Below, one piece after another: positions 1 through 8,129 of a stretch of DNA of 64,000 nucleotides. The DNA is taken from positions 32,001-96,000 of the forward strand of contig DASXQR010000083.1 of the NCBI GenBank assembly GCA_036507075.1, in the 5' to 3' direction. How positions within the stretch are numbered: position 1 is the stretch's first letter; every line of letters begins with the position of its first letter. The notes under the pieces are model-generated. The model was not told the origin of the DNA and ran no database searches. It saw nothing but the letters and a program-made list of their open reading frames with translations. The stretch comes from Acidobacteriota bacterium (GTDB lineage: Bacteria > Acidobacteriota > UBA6911 > JACQSX01). The position numbers and the translations under genes were made by a program.

Positions 1-985
1 AGGGCTGGATCCGGTGCGTGACAAGCTTCGCGCCAGCCGGCATCTGATCATTGTTTCGTGCGGCACTTCCTATTATGCGGGCCTGATCGGCCGTTACATT
101 ATTGAAAGAAACACTGACATCGCAGTAGAGGTGGAGCTGGCCAGCGAGTTTCGTTATCGCAAGCTCAATCTGCAGCCCGGCACGATTGTCCTGGCGATCA
201 GCCAGTCAGGTGAAACAGCCGACACACTGGGCGCCTTGCGCGAAGCAAAACGAAAGGGTGTTCCGGTACTCGGGTTAGTGAATGTGGTGGGAAGCACCAT
301 CGCGCGCGAAACCGACGCGGGTATTTACAATCATGCCGGGCCTGAAATCGGGGTCGCTTCCACGAAGGCCTTCGTTTCACAACTCAGCATCCTCTATCTG
401 CTCAGTCTTCTTCTCGGCCGGGAACGGGGTGTTTCATTGAATGAAGGACAGCAGTTTATCCGGTCGCTCCAGTCAATTCCCGACAAGATCCGCCGCATTC
501 TTGACATGAACGACCAGATCCGGAAACTGGCGGAAAAGTATGCCCGCTACTCGAATTTTATGTTCATTGGAAGGAAGTACAATTTTCCTATCGCTCTGGA
601 GGGGGCGTTAAAGCTCAAAGAAATATCCTATCTTCATGCGGAAGGATACGCGGCTGGAGAAATGAAGCATGGTCCGATCGCGCTTATCGATCCTCAGTTT
701 CCCACCGTGTGCATCACGCCCAGGGGGAATTCCTACGAAAAGGTGGCGTCTAATCTTCAGGAGATCAAAGCGCGCAGCGGCCCAGTCCTGGCAATTGCAA
801 CCGAAGGAGATCAGGGAATCGCATCACTCTGTGATGATGTGATCTACATCCCCGAAATAGCGGAAACGTTCACGCCATTGTTGACCGTCATTCCACTGCA
901 ACTGTTCGCCTACCACGTGGCCAATCACCGGGGCTGCGAAATCGACAAACCCCGCAACCTGGCAAAAAGCGTGACAGTCGAATAA
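1..985 (+). CDS. glmS: Glutamine-fructose-6-phosphate aminotransferase, C-terminal SIS domains (5'-truncated by window)
   Basis: CGTSYYAG, SQSGETADT, ALKLKEISY, GEMKHGP and terminal PRNLAKSVTVE motifs. Confidence 0.97.
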   Translation, partial: GLDPVRDKLRASRHLIIVSCGTSYYAGLIGRYIIERNTDIAVEVELASEFRYRKLNLQPGTIVLAISQSGETADTLGALREAKRKGVPVLGLVNVVGSTIARETDAGIYNHAGPEIGVASTKAFVSQLSILYLLSLLLGRERGVSLNEGQQFIRSLQSIPDKIRRILDMNDQIRKLAEKYARYSNFMFIGRKYNFPIALEGALKLKEISYLHAEGYAAGEMKHGPIALIDPQFPTVCITPRGNSYEKVASNLQEIKARSGPVLAIATEGDQGIASLCDDVIYIPEIAETFTPLLTVIPLQLFAYHVANHRGCEIDKPRNLAKSVTVE

Positions 986-1047
986 TCTAAAAATCCCTAC
1001 CGTGAGCGTTAGCCCGCGCCTGGAGTTTCCACATTTTTGGGAGCGGA

Positions 1048-1113
1048 GAGACGGCCTGAGGGCCGTCTCAGCTTGGCAGTTACATGGCCAAGAGACGGCC
1101 CTCAGGCCGTCTC
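1048..1113. repeat. REPIN-like pair of inverted 22-bp palindromes between convergent genes
   Basis: GAGACGGCCTGAGGGCCGTCTC (1048-1069) and its exact reverse complement (1092-1113); each is itself a hairpin. Confidence 0.85.
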
Positions 1114-1140
1114 TTCTGGGCGCGATTTTAGTCTACGTCT

Positions 1141-1896
1141 TCAGACCTTCGACTTTGTTTTCGTCTGCCGAAATTCACGACATAAGGCGACGAAGTGTTC
1201 GAAAAGTCTTTTACTGAACTGATCTTCTGAAAAACTTCTCTCCGGGTGCCACTGAACCGCAATCATCGGACGGCCGGAGCGGTGTACTGCCGCCTCTATG
1301 ACTCCGTCGGGGGAAAGCGCCGCCAAAGTCAGGTCTTCGGCCAGACGGTCAACAGCCTGATGGTGTGTGCTGTTCACCTGGGCGGTGTGGTCTCCGGCGA
1401 GCTTTTCAAGCACTGTGCCCGGGCTCAACGCAACCGCATGCTGCGGTATTGGCTGGCTGGAATCCTCGCGATTGTGACGGATTCCGCCCGGTCGCTGCGG
1501 CAAATCCTGGATGAGCGAACCTCCCAGGGCCACATTCAGCATCTGAAAGCCATAGCAGATGCCGAAAACCGGCATATCCATCTGCATCGCTTCCCGGGCC
1601 AGATGCATATCCACAGAATCCCGAAGCGGATTTACTATTCCCAAACCCTGCGCCGGCTGCTGGCCGTACCGCTCAGGATCCACATCGGTTCTGCTGCCTG
1701 AGAAGATCATTCCGTCCAGTGATCGCATCACAGAATTGAGATACGCCGGGTCCTCGATCAGGGGAATAAGCAGCGGCAGGCCGCCGGCCTGGTAGACGGC
1801 TTCCGGGTAATGCCTCTGCAGATAAAAATCAATTCGACCCGGTTCGTGCCGGGTGGTGATGCCGATCAAAGGCCGTGAATTATCCATTGTGGCCAT
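1141..1896 (-). CDS. Gamma-glutamyl-gamma-aminobutyrate hydrolase family (peptidase C26, class I glutamine amidotransferase)
   Basis: RPLIGIT, GICYGFQMLNVALGG, VNSTHHQAV, AVQWHPE; start chosen at MATMDN. Confidence 0.9.
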   Translation of the reverse strand: MATMDNSRPLIGITTRHEPGRIDFYLQRHYPEAVYQAGGLPLLIPLIEDPAYLNSVMRSLDGMIFSGSRTDVDPERYGQQPAQGLGIVNPLRDSVDMHLAREAMQMDMPVFGICYGFQMLNVALGGSLIQDLPQRPGGIRHNREDSSQPIPQHAVALSPGTVLEKLAGDHTAQVNSTHHQAVDRLAEDLTLAALSPDGVIEAAVHRSGRPMIAVQWHPERSFSEDQFSKRLFEHFVALCREFRQTKTKSKV

Positions 1897-1943
1897 TTTA
1901 ACATTTACTCTGCGAATCCACAGACACAGGTCCAAATGAGTAC

Positions 1944-2110
1944 AAATGCGGATTGTGGAATGCGGAATGCGGAATAAAAGCTGTCTGTCGGTCCGTGGTC
2001 AGTTGTTCGTGGTCCATTGCTCCTTAACCGATCACGTAGCCATGCACAACTGACCACGGACAACTGACAACGGACAATTATTCCGCATTCCGCATTCCGG
2101 ACTCCGCATT
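1944..2110. repeat. Nested heptamer inverted-repeat element, copy 1
   Basis: (GGAATGC)n ... (GCATTCC)n outer arms, TGTCNGT/ACNGACA inner arms, core shared with 12708-12896. Confidence 0.85.
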
Positions 2111-2148
2111 CGAGTGAGGCCCTGTTTCTGCGCTACAATGAAAACAGC

Positions 2149-3078
2149 ATGGTACGAAAACTTTTCCAGATTCGAACCGGCCAAAGCCGTAAGTCAGTGT
2201 TCGTCAATGCCTTTCGGAGCATGCTGCATAACGAGTCGCCGGCTACGGCGGCCGCATTGGCCTATTTTACGCTGTTTACGCTTTTCCCCCTGCTGCTGGT
2301 CATCATTGCCGCCAGCGATCAATACTTCAATTTGTTTGACGTGCGCTCTACGGCCCTGAGGACGGTGATCCGTTTCTTTCCGGGCGGCCGGGCGTTCATC
2401 GAAAACAACATCGCATCCGTCAGGCCGTCGCGTGGAATCGTGATCTCAAGCGTTGTGGTTTGCACCTGGACCAGTTTCTGGCTGGTCGCCCTGCTGGAAA
2501 ACGCTCTCAACAAGGCCTGGCAGGTTCGGACACCAAGGCATTTCCTGCACAGCCGGCTGATCGCCTTGCTGATGATCGTCGTGTGCGCTTTGTTTTTGGG
2601 AACTTCGGTGCTGCTGACCACCGTGCTCACTGTGATCCAGCAGAAAATCGACACATACGGTTTCGCGCATTGGTCGACCGGGATGGGACTGTTTTGGAGA
2701 ATTACATTTGGAGTCACTGCTTTTGTGCTCACTATTCTGGTTTTCACCATGATCTACAAGCTGGTCCCGAACGCGCGCGTCAAAATGACTGAGGCGCTGA
2801 CGTCAGGCATCGTCGCGGGATGCCTGTGGCAGACCGCTGCGGGAATATTCACAATACTGGCCCGGCATTTGGACTATGCCGCTATTTACGGCTCGGTGGG
2901 AGCCGTCGTCCTGCTGCTTAGCTGGGTTTACACTTCAAGCTACATCTTCTTGTTCGGCGCCAACCTTTCCGCGCAAATGCACCGCATCACTCCTGTAACC
3001 GAAATTGAGGTTGATGATTCCGCGCCGGCTTCCCGCGCCCGTTTTGCAGACCAGACAACGGTGACCAGAAATCTCTGA
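2149..3078 (+). CDS. YihY/virulence factor BrkB family inner membrane protein
   Basis: AAALAYFTLFTLFPLLL, NALNKAWQV, IYKLVPN, YGSVGAVVLLLSWVY; multiple TM segments. Confidence 0.9.
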   Translation: MVRKLFQIRTGQSRKSVFVNAFRSMLHNESPATAAALAYFTLFTLFPLLLVIIAASDQYFNLFDVRSTALRTVIRFFPGGRAFIENNIASVRPSRGIVISSVVVCTWTSFWLVALLENALNKAWQVRTPRHFLHSRLIALLMIVVCALFLGTSVLLTTVLTVIQQKIDTYGFAHWSTGMGLFWRITFGVTAFVLTILVFTMIYKLVPNARVKMTEALTSGIVAGCLWQTAAGIFTILARHLDYAAIYGSVGAVVLLLSWVYTSSYIFLFGANLSAQMHRITPVTEIEVDDSAPASRARFADQTTVTRNL

Positions 3079-3086
3079 AACCGCCG

Positions 3087-4172
3087 GTGAAGATTTCCGA
3101 TCTCGACTACGACCTTCCTGAGGAATTGATCGCGCAGGAACCGCTGCCGAATCGCGATGCTTCGCGCCTGATGCTCGTAGACAAGGGCAGCGGGGTGATT
3201 CAGGATCTGCATTTCCGCGAGCTGCCGGCCATCCTTCATCCAGCGGACTTCCTTGTGCTGAATGATTCTGCCGTCTTTCCGGCCCGACTGCTTGGCCGGC
3301 GCCCCGGTGGCGGACGGGTGGAACTGTTGTTACTGAGACCGGATTCAGAGCAGGCTACCGGGGCGCTCAATTCCCGTTCGGGGGGCGAGCTGCCCGCTGA
3401 AAACCACGATCATGCCTTGTGGGAGGCGCTGGCCAGACCGAAACGGAAGTTGAGAAGAAACATGGAATTGATCTTTTCGGATGATCTGCGCGGGCGCGTG
3501 GCGGATGTGTCCGACGAAACAGTGAAGATTCAGTTCCGGTTTTCGGGGGATTTTTCAAGCGTGCTGGACAGAACCGCGCGCGTTCCACTGCCGCCTTACA
3601 TCCGCCGCCCTGATACAGAACGCGACCGGGACCGCTACCAGACCGTATACGCCGCCAGGCGCGGATCCATCGCCGCTCCCACCGCGGGACTGCATTTTAC
3701 CCCCGGGATTCTCAATGATCTCCGAAGGCGCGGTATTCACTGTTTTTTCGTGACGCTGCACGTCGGATACGGCACTTTTCGACCCGTGAAAAGCGCTTCG
3801 ATTGAGCAACACAGGATCGATGCGGAGAGCTTTTCCATATCAGCGAACGATGCTGCCGGAATCCGGGAAGCCCTGCAGTCGGGACGCCGGATGATCGCGG
3901 TGGGCACGACAACTACGCGCATGCTGGAACATTGGAAAAGATCCTCGCCCAAGCTGCGGGCGATCGCGGGCCAGACGGATCTTTTCATCTATCCGCCCTT
4001 CGATTTCAAATTGGTGAAGGGTCTGCTTACTAACTTTCACCTGCCGCGGTCCAGTTTGTTTGCGCTGGTATGCGCATTCCTGGGAACTGAGCTTGCGCGG
4101 CAGTGCTACAGACACGCCGTCGAGCGCCACTACCGGTTTTACAGCTACGGCGATTGCATGCTGATTGTTTAG
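3087..4172 (+). CDS. queA: S-adenosylmethionine:tRNA ribosyltransferase-isomerase
   Basis: DYDLPEELIAQEP, PLPPYIRR, YQTVYA, AAPTAGLHFT, TNFHLPRS, YSYGDCM. Confidence 0.97.
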   Translation: MKISDLDYDLPEELIAQEPLPNRDASRLMLVDKGSGVIQDLHFRELPAILHPADFLVLNDSAVFPARLLGRRPGGGRVELLLLRPDSEQATGALNSRSGGELPAENHDHALWEALARPKRKLRRNMELIFSDDLRGRVADVSDETVKIQFRFSGDFSSVLDRTARVPLPPYIRRPDTERDRDRYQTVYAARRGSIAAPTAGLHFTPGILNDLRRRGIHCFFVTLHVGYGTFRPVKSASIEQHRIDAESFSISANDAAGIREALQSGRRMIAVGTTTTRMLEHWKRSSPKLRAIAGQTDLFIYPPFDFKLVKGLLTNFHLPRSSLFALVCAFLGTELARQCYRHAVERHYRFYSYGDCMLIV

Positions 4173-4204
4173 AACTCACTTCCAGAAGCCTGCATATGAA
4201 ATTC

Positions 4205-4287
4205 TCACCACAAAGACACGAAGGACACAAAGCCGGCTCCGTCTGCCGCGCGAGTCACCTTTTGTGCCCTTCGTGCCTTTGTGGTGA
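4205..4287. repeat. Periodic (about 9-bp) inverted-repeat element
   Basis: TCACCACAAAGACACGAAGGACACAAA ... TTTGTGCCCTTCGTGCCTTTGTGGTGA. Confidence 0.85.
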
Positions 4288-4373
4288 AAAAGCTCAACGT
4301 ACCGAGGCCCGGCCTTTGGGAGTCGTTGAGGCTTTCTGATAAACTTCGGGAAATTCGCCATCTCAGGGTGCTC

Positions 4374-5546
4374 ATGAGAAAAGCTGCTGTTTGTCTGATT
4401 CCATTCGCGATCCTTCTCTGCCTCGGCGCCGATACGCAATCCGACCGGGCCTTGCGGATTCACCATAAGGCGATTGTCATCGACACTCATGCCGACACGC
4501 TGCAGCGGGTGCTGATGGGAAAGCAAAATATTTCCCAACGCACACAAGCGGGACACATCGACCTGCCGCGCATGCGCGAGGGCGGCCTGGATGCTGAATT
4601 CTTTGCGTTGTGGATCGACTCTCCTTTTGTGGGGCCGGTCGCCGTGAAGCGGACGCTGGACCTGGCTGATGCAATGAATCAGGTCATCGGGCAGAGCGGC
4701 GGACAAATGCGTTTGGCGACTACCGCGTCCGATATCGAGAATAACGCGCGTGACGGAAAACTCTCCGCGCTCATGGGAATTGAAGGAGGCCATGCGATCG
4801 ATGACGATCTGGGGGTGCTGCGCATGTACCAGCGAATGGGTGTCCGGTACATGACCCTGACATGGTCGAACGCGAATAACTGGGCGGACTCTTCGGGCGA
4901 GGCGCCCAAGCACAACGGTCTCACAGATTTTGGCAGGGATGTGGTGCGTGAGATGAACCGCATCGGCATGATCGTGGATATTTCCCATGTGTCCGATAAA
5001 ACTTTCTGGGACACCATGAAGGTGACAACCAAGCCGGTTATCGCGTCGCACTCTTCTGCGCGGGCTCTGAACGACGTGGCCCGAAACATGCGGGACGACA
5101 TGCTGCGCGAAGTGGCAAAGAACGGCGGGGTCGTGGGAATCAACTTTTATTCCGGTTTTCTGAGCCCTGATTTTGCCAGGGCTTCCGCTGCGAGCCGCGC
5201 TACGCGCCCGTCGGTCCAGGATCTGATCAAGAAGTACAATGGGGATCTTAATCGTGTGGCGGTGGAGCGTTATCTCCAGTATGAAACGATGTCGTCGCTC
5301 ACGCCGCCGCCGTTCAAAGTGCTCATTGACCACATCGATCATGTCGCCAAGGTCGCCGGCGTGGAACATGTGGGCCTGGGTTCGGATTTTGACGGCGTTG
5401 ATTCTCTCCCTGAGGGAATCCACGATGTGACCGATCTTCCGAAGATAACACAGGCACTGCTGGACCGCGGCTACACGGAACGCGACGTTGGCAAGATTCT
5501 GGGAGGCAACTTTTTGCGCGTGCTGCGGACGGTAACCGGAAAATGA
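4374..5546 (+). CDS. Membrane dipeptidase (peptidase M19), exported
   Basis: IDTHAD, GIEGG, YMTLTW, VDISH, ASHS, GLGSDFDG; signal-like N-terminus from ATG 4374. Confidence 0.92.
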   Translation: MRKAAVCLIPFAILLCLGADTQSDRALRIHHKAIVIDTHADTLQRVLMGKQNISQRTQAGHIDLPRMREGGLDAEFFALWIDSPFVGPVAVKRTLDLADAMNQVIGQSGGQMRLATTASDIENNARDGKLSALMGIEGGHAIDDDLGVLRMYQRMGVRYMTLTWSNANNWADSSGEAPKHNGLTDFGRDVVREMNRIGMIVDISHVSDKTFWDTMKVTTKPVIASHSSARALNDVARNMRDDMLREVAKNGGVVGINFYSGFLSPDFARASAASRATRPSVQDLIKKYNGDLNRVAVERYLQYETMSSLTPPPFKVLIDHIDHVAKVAGVEHVGLGSDFDGVDSLPEGIHDVTDLPKITQALLDRGYTERDVGKILGGNFLRVLRTVTGK

Positions 5547-5624
5547 GCCGCGAGAGCTGAGAAAAAATCAGTACCGCGACCGTCAGAGCGTGTGAAAAAA
5601 TCGAAATTCTCTGTAGGAGGAGTT

Positions 5625-6047
5625 GTGAAACGCACACTTTCATTGGTCTTTCTCTTGAGCCTTATGCTGGCAGCTTGTCAGAACCGGGCGGATTCCTCCG
5701 CTGAAAGGGCCGCAACGCCGGCGTCTCCAGCGAGCTCACAAATCCAATTAAGCGGCCAGGAACACCTGGCCAAGGCAAAAGAACACCTGCACGAAGCCAA
5801 AGAGATTCTGGACAAACAGGGCACTTACGACTGCTGCATTGAACCGGATTGTGACTGGTGCGCGCTCAAAGAAGGCTCCTGTCCCTGCGCCAGGCTGCTC
5901 AAGGGTCGCAAACCGGTGTGCCCTGACTGTAAATTCGGATGGGACCACGGCAAAGGGCACCTTGAAGGAATACGACCGGAGCAGGTTACCACTACAATTT
6001 CACATACACACGGAACGGAAGATACAGGAAAGCCGCACAAACACTGA
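5625..6047 (+). CDS. Cys-rich lipoprotein, unknown function
   Basis: AGGAGG RBS, GTG start, lipobox LAAC, CC-x4-CxxC-x6-CxC-x10-CxxC, His-rich tail. Confidence 0.75.
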   Translation: MKRTLSLVFLLSLMLAACQNRADSSAERAATPASPASSQIQLSGQEHLAKAKEHLHEAKEILDKQGTYDCCIEPDCDWCALKEGSCPCARLLKGRKPVCPDCKFGWDHGKGHLEGIRPEQVTTTISHTHGTEDTGKPHKH

Positions 6048-6073
6048 GGCGACAAGGAGTGTGAAAAACTGGA

Positions 6074-6212
6074 ACCGCGAAGGCGCGAAAGCGCGAAAGC
6101 AATGAGACTGCTTGGCTGCTTGAATGGGACTAAGAATTGAAATGTTCGCGGTTTTGGCCACACAGGAAATCGTGGAGTGAATCTTGTTTTCGCGCTTTCG
6201 CGACTTCGCGGT
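6074..6212. repeat. Periodic inverted-repeat element
   Basis: ACCGCGAAGGCGCGAAAGCGCGAAA ... TTTCGCGCTTTCGCGACTTCGCGGT. Confidence 0.85.
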
Positions 6213-6272
6213 GGATTTTTTTCACAGGTTCCAAGGCGGACATTTTTTTAACAGAAACCAAGGGAGACTCTT

Positions 6273-7208
6273 ATGAAAGCAACTTTTCAATGGATGCTGA
6301 TGCTGCTGTTGATGTTCGGGGGAACGCTTGCGGCACAGCAGGAACATGACCATACATCCGCGGCGGTCCAAAACCAGGCTGCAAGTCCTTTGCCGGCCCA
6401 AAGTGTCCAGATGCGGCTCCTTCTGCAGGACACTACTCGTGACGAAAATCTTCCCGCTTCTGAAACTACGGCAAAGGCAGCCCTGGACCGTTCGTCGCGG
6501 CATGGCGATTGGATCGATGTCAAAGTGGAAGGAAGTGAAACGCCCGTGAAGACCTGGATCGTGTACCCGGAAAGAAAGGACAAAGCCCCGGTTATCATCG
6601 TCATTCACGAGATCTTCGGGCTCACCGATTGGATTCGGGCCGTCGCCGACCAGTTGGCCAAAGAGGGATTCATTGCTGTCGCTCCCGACCTGATTTCAGG
6701 CAAGGGACCGGGCGGGGGAAACACCGACTCGGTTGCCAGCCGCGATGACGTCGTAAAACTGGTGCGCGGCCTTACTCCGGAAGAAGTGACCTCGCGGTTA
6801 AACGCCGTTCGCCAATATGCGGTCTCACTGCCTGCAGCCAACGGAAAGAGCGCCAGCATCGGATTCTGCTGGGGCGGTTCAACCAGCTTTGCTTATGCCG
6901 TCGCGCAACCGAAGTTGAATGCTGCTGTGGTGTATTACGGAACGGCCCCGTCGGATCCGTCAAAACTCGCCTCGATTAAAGCATCGGTACTCGGGCTGTA
7001 TGGAGGCGATGACGCGCGCGTGACAGCCACTGTCGATCCGACAGCCGCTGAAATGAAAAAGCTGAATAAGTCGTACGATCCGAATGTTTTTGCCGGCGCC
7101 GGTCACGGCTTCCTTCGTGCCCAGGAGGGAAAGGACGGCGCGAATTTGAAAGCAACGCAACAGGCCTGGCCCAAGACGATCGCCTTCCTGCGGGCCAATA
7201 CGAAGTAG
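6273..7208 (+). CDS. Dienelactone hydrolase family protein, exported
   Basis: IHEIFG, GFCWGG, GGDD, GAGHGF; signal peptide. Confidence 0.92.
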   Translation: MKATFQWMLMLLLMFGGTLAAQQEHDHTSAAVQNQAASPLPAQSVQMRLLLQDTTRDENLPASETTAKAALDRSSRHGDWIDVKVEGSETPVKTWIVYPERKDKAPVIIVIHEIFGLTDWIRAVADQLAKEGFIAVAPDLISGKGPGGGNTDSVASRDDVVKLVRGLTPEEVTSRLNAVRQYAVSLPAANGKSASIGFCWGGSTSFAYAVAQPKLNAAVVYYGTAPSDPSKLASIKASVLGLYGGDDARVTATVDPTAAEMKKLNKSYDPNVFAGAGHGFLRAQEGKDGANLKATQQAWPKTIAFLRANTK

Positions 7209-7253
7209 GAGAAATTCACCGCGAAGGCGCGAAAGCACGAAGCAATAAAACTG

Positions 7254-7910
7254 ATGTTGTTTGCCAATCGAGCTCAGGCGGGACGTGCGCTGGCTTCGCA
7301 ACTCACCGGCTATGCGGGGCGCCCGGATGTGGTGATCCTGGCATTACCCAGGGGTGGAGTTCCGGTGGCCTATGAGGTGGCTTTGCAGCTTCACGTCCCC
7401 ATGGACGTGTTTGTGGTGCGCAAGCTGGGAGTGCCGGGACATTCCGAGCTGGCTATGGGCGCATTGGCGTCCGGCGGCGTCCGTGTTTTGAACAAGGACG
7501 TTCTCGACAGCCTGGGAATCCCCGGCGAAATGATCGACGCCGTAACCGAGCGCGAGCGGCCGGAATTGGAACGTCGCGAACACCTTTATCGCGCCGGCCG
7601 GCCGCTGTTGCCCGTCGAAGGCCGAATCATCATTCTTATCGACGACGGCCTCGCCACCGGCTCGACAATGCGCGCCGCGGCGTCAGCTCTTCGCCGCCAG
7701 GCGCCGCAGAAAATCGTCGTCGCAGTTCCTGTGGCGCCGCGTTCCGTGCGCGAGGAGTTTGTGCGGGAAGTCGATGAAGTTGTATGCGCGGAAACGCCCG
7801 AACCTTTCCACGCCGTGGGGAACTGGTACCGGGACTTTGCGCAAACCACCGACAAGGAAGTGCGTGAGCTGCTGGAACGCGCCGAAGCTCTGAGCCGGGC
7901 AGGTGCCTGA
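7254..7910 (+). CDS. Phosphoribosyltransferase-like protein (Rv0571c/Rv2030c N-domain type)
   Basis: LALPRGGVPV, VRKLGVP, IDDGLATGSTM, WYRDFAQTTD. Confidence 0.9.
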   Translation: MLFANRAQAGRALASQLTGYAGRPDVVILALPRGGVPVAYEVALQLHVPMDVFVVRKLGVPGHSELAMGALASGGVRVLNKDVLDSLGIPGEMIDAVTERERPELERREHLYRAGRPLLPVEGRIIILIDDGLATGSTMRAAASALRRQAPQKIVVAVPVAPRSVREEFVREVDEVVCAETPEPFHAVGNWYRDFAQTTDKEVRELLERAEALSRAGA

Positions 7911-7974
7911 AGCAATCATCAGACTTCACTCGTGAGACCGGAGAAGGCCACAGACCGTAACCGAAACTTTCTTC

Positions 7975-8068
7975 AAATGTGGATTTCGGAATGCGGAATG
8001 TGGAATCGGGCGTAAACGGGCCCGGCTTCGAAGGATCTGACTTGGATATATTCCGCATTCCGCATTTG
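7975..8068. repeat. Heptamer (GGAATGC) inverted-repeat element, simpler variant
   Basis: AAATGTGGATTTCGGAATGCGGAATGTGGAAT ... ATTCCGCATTCCGCATTT. Confidence 0.75.
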
Positions 8069-8129
8069 AAAGTACGTTAGGGCATCTTGGCAAAAAAGTG
8101 GAATGAACGGTTCTTCCAAGGGAGGGATT

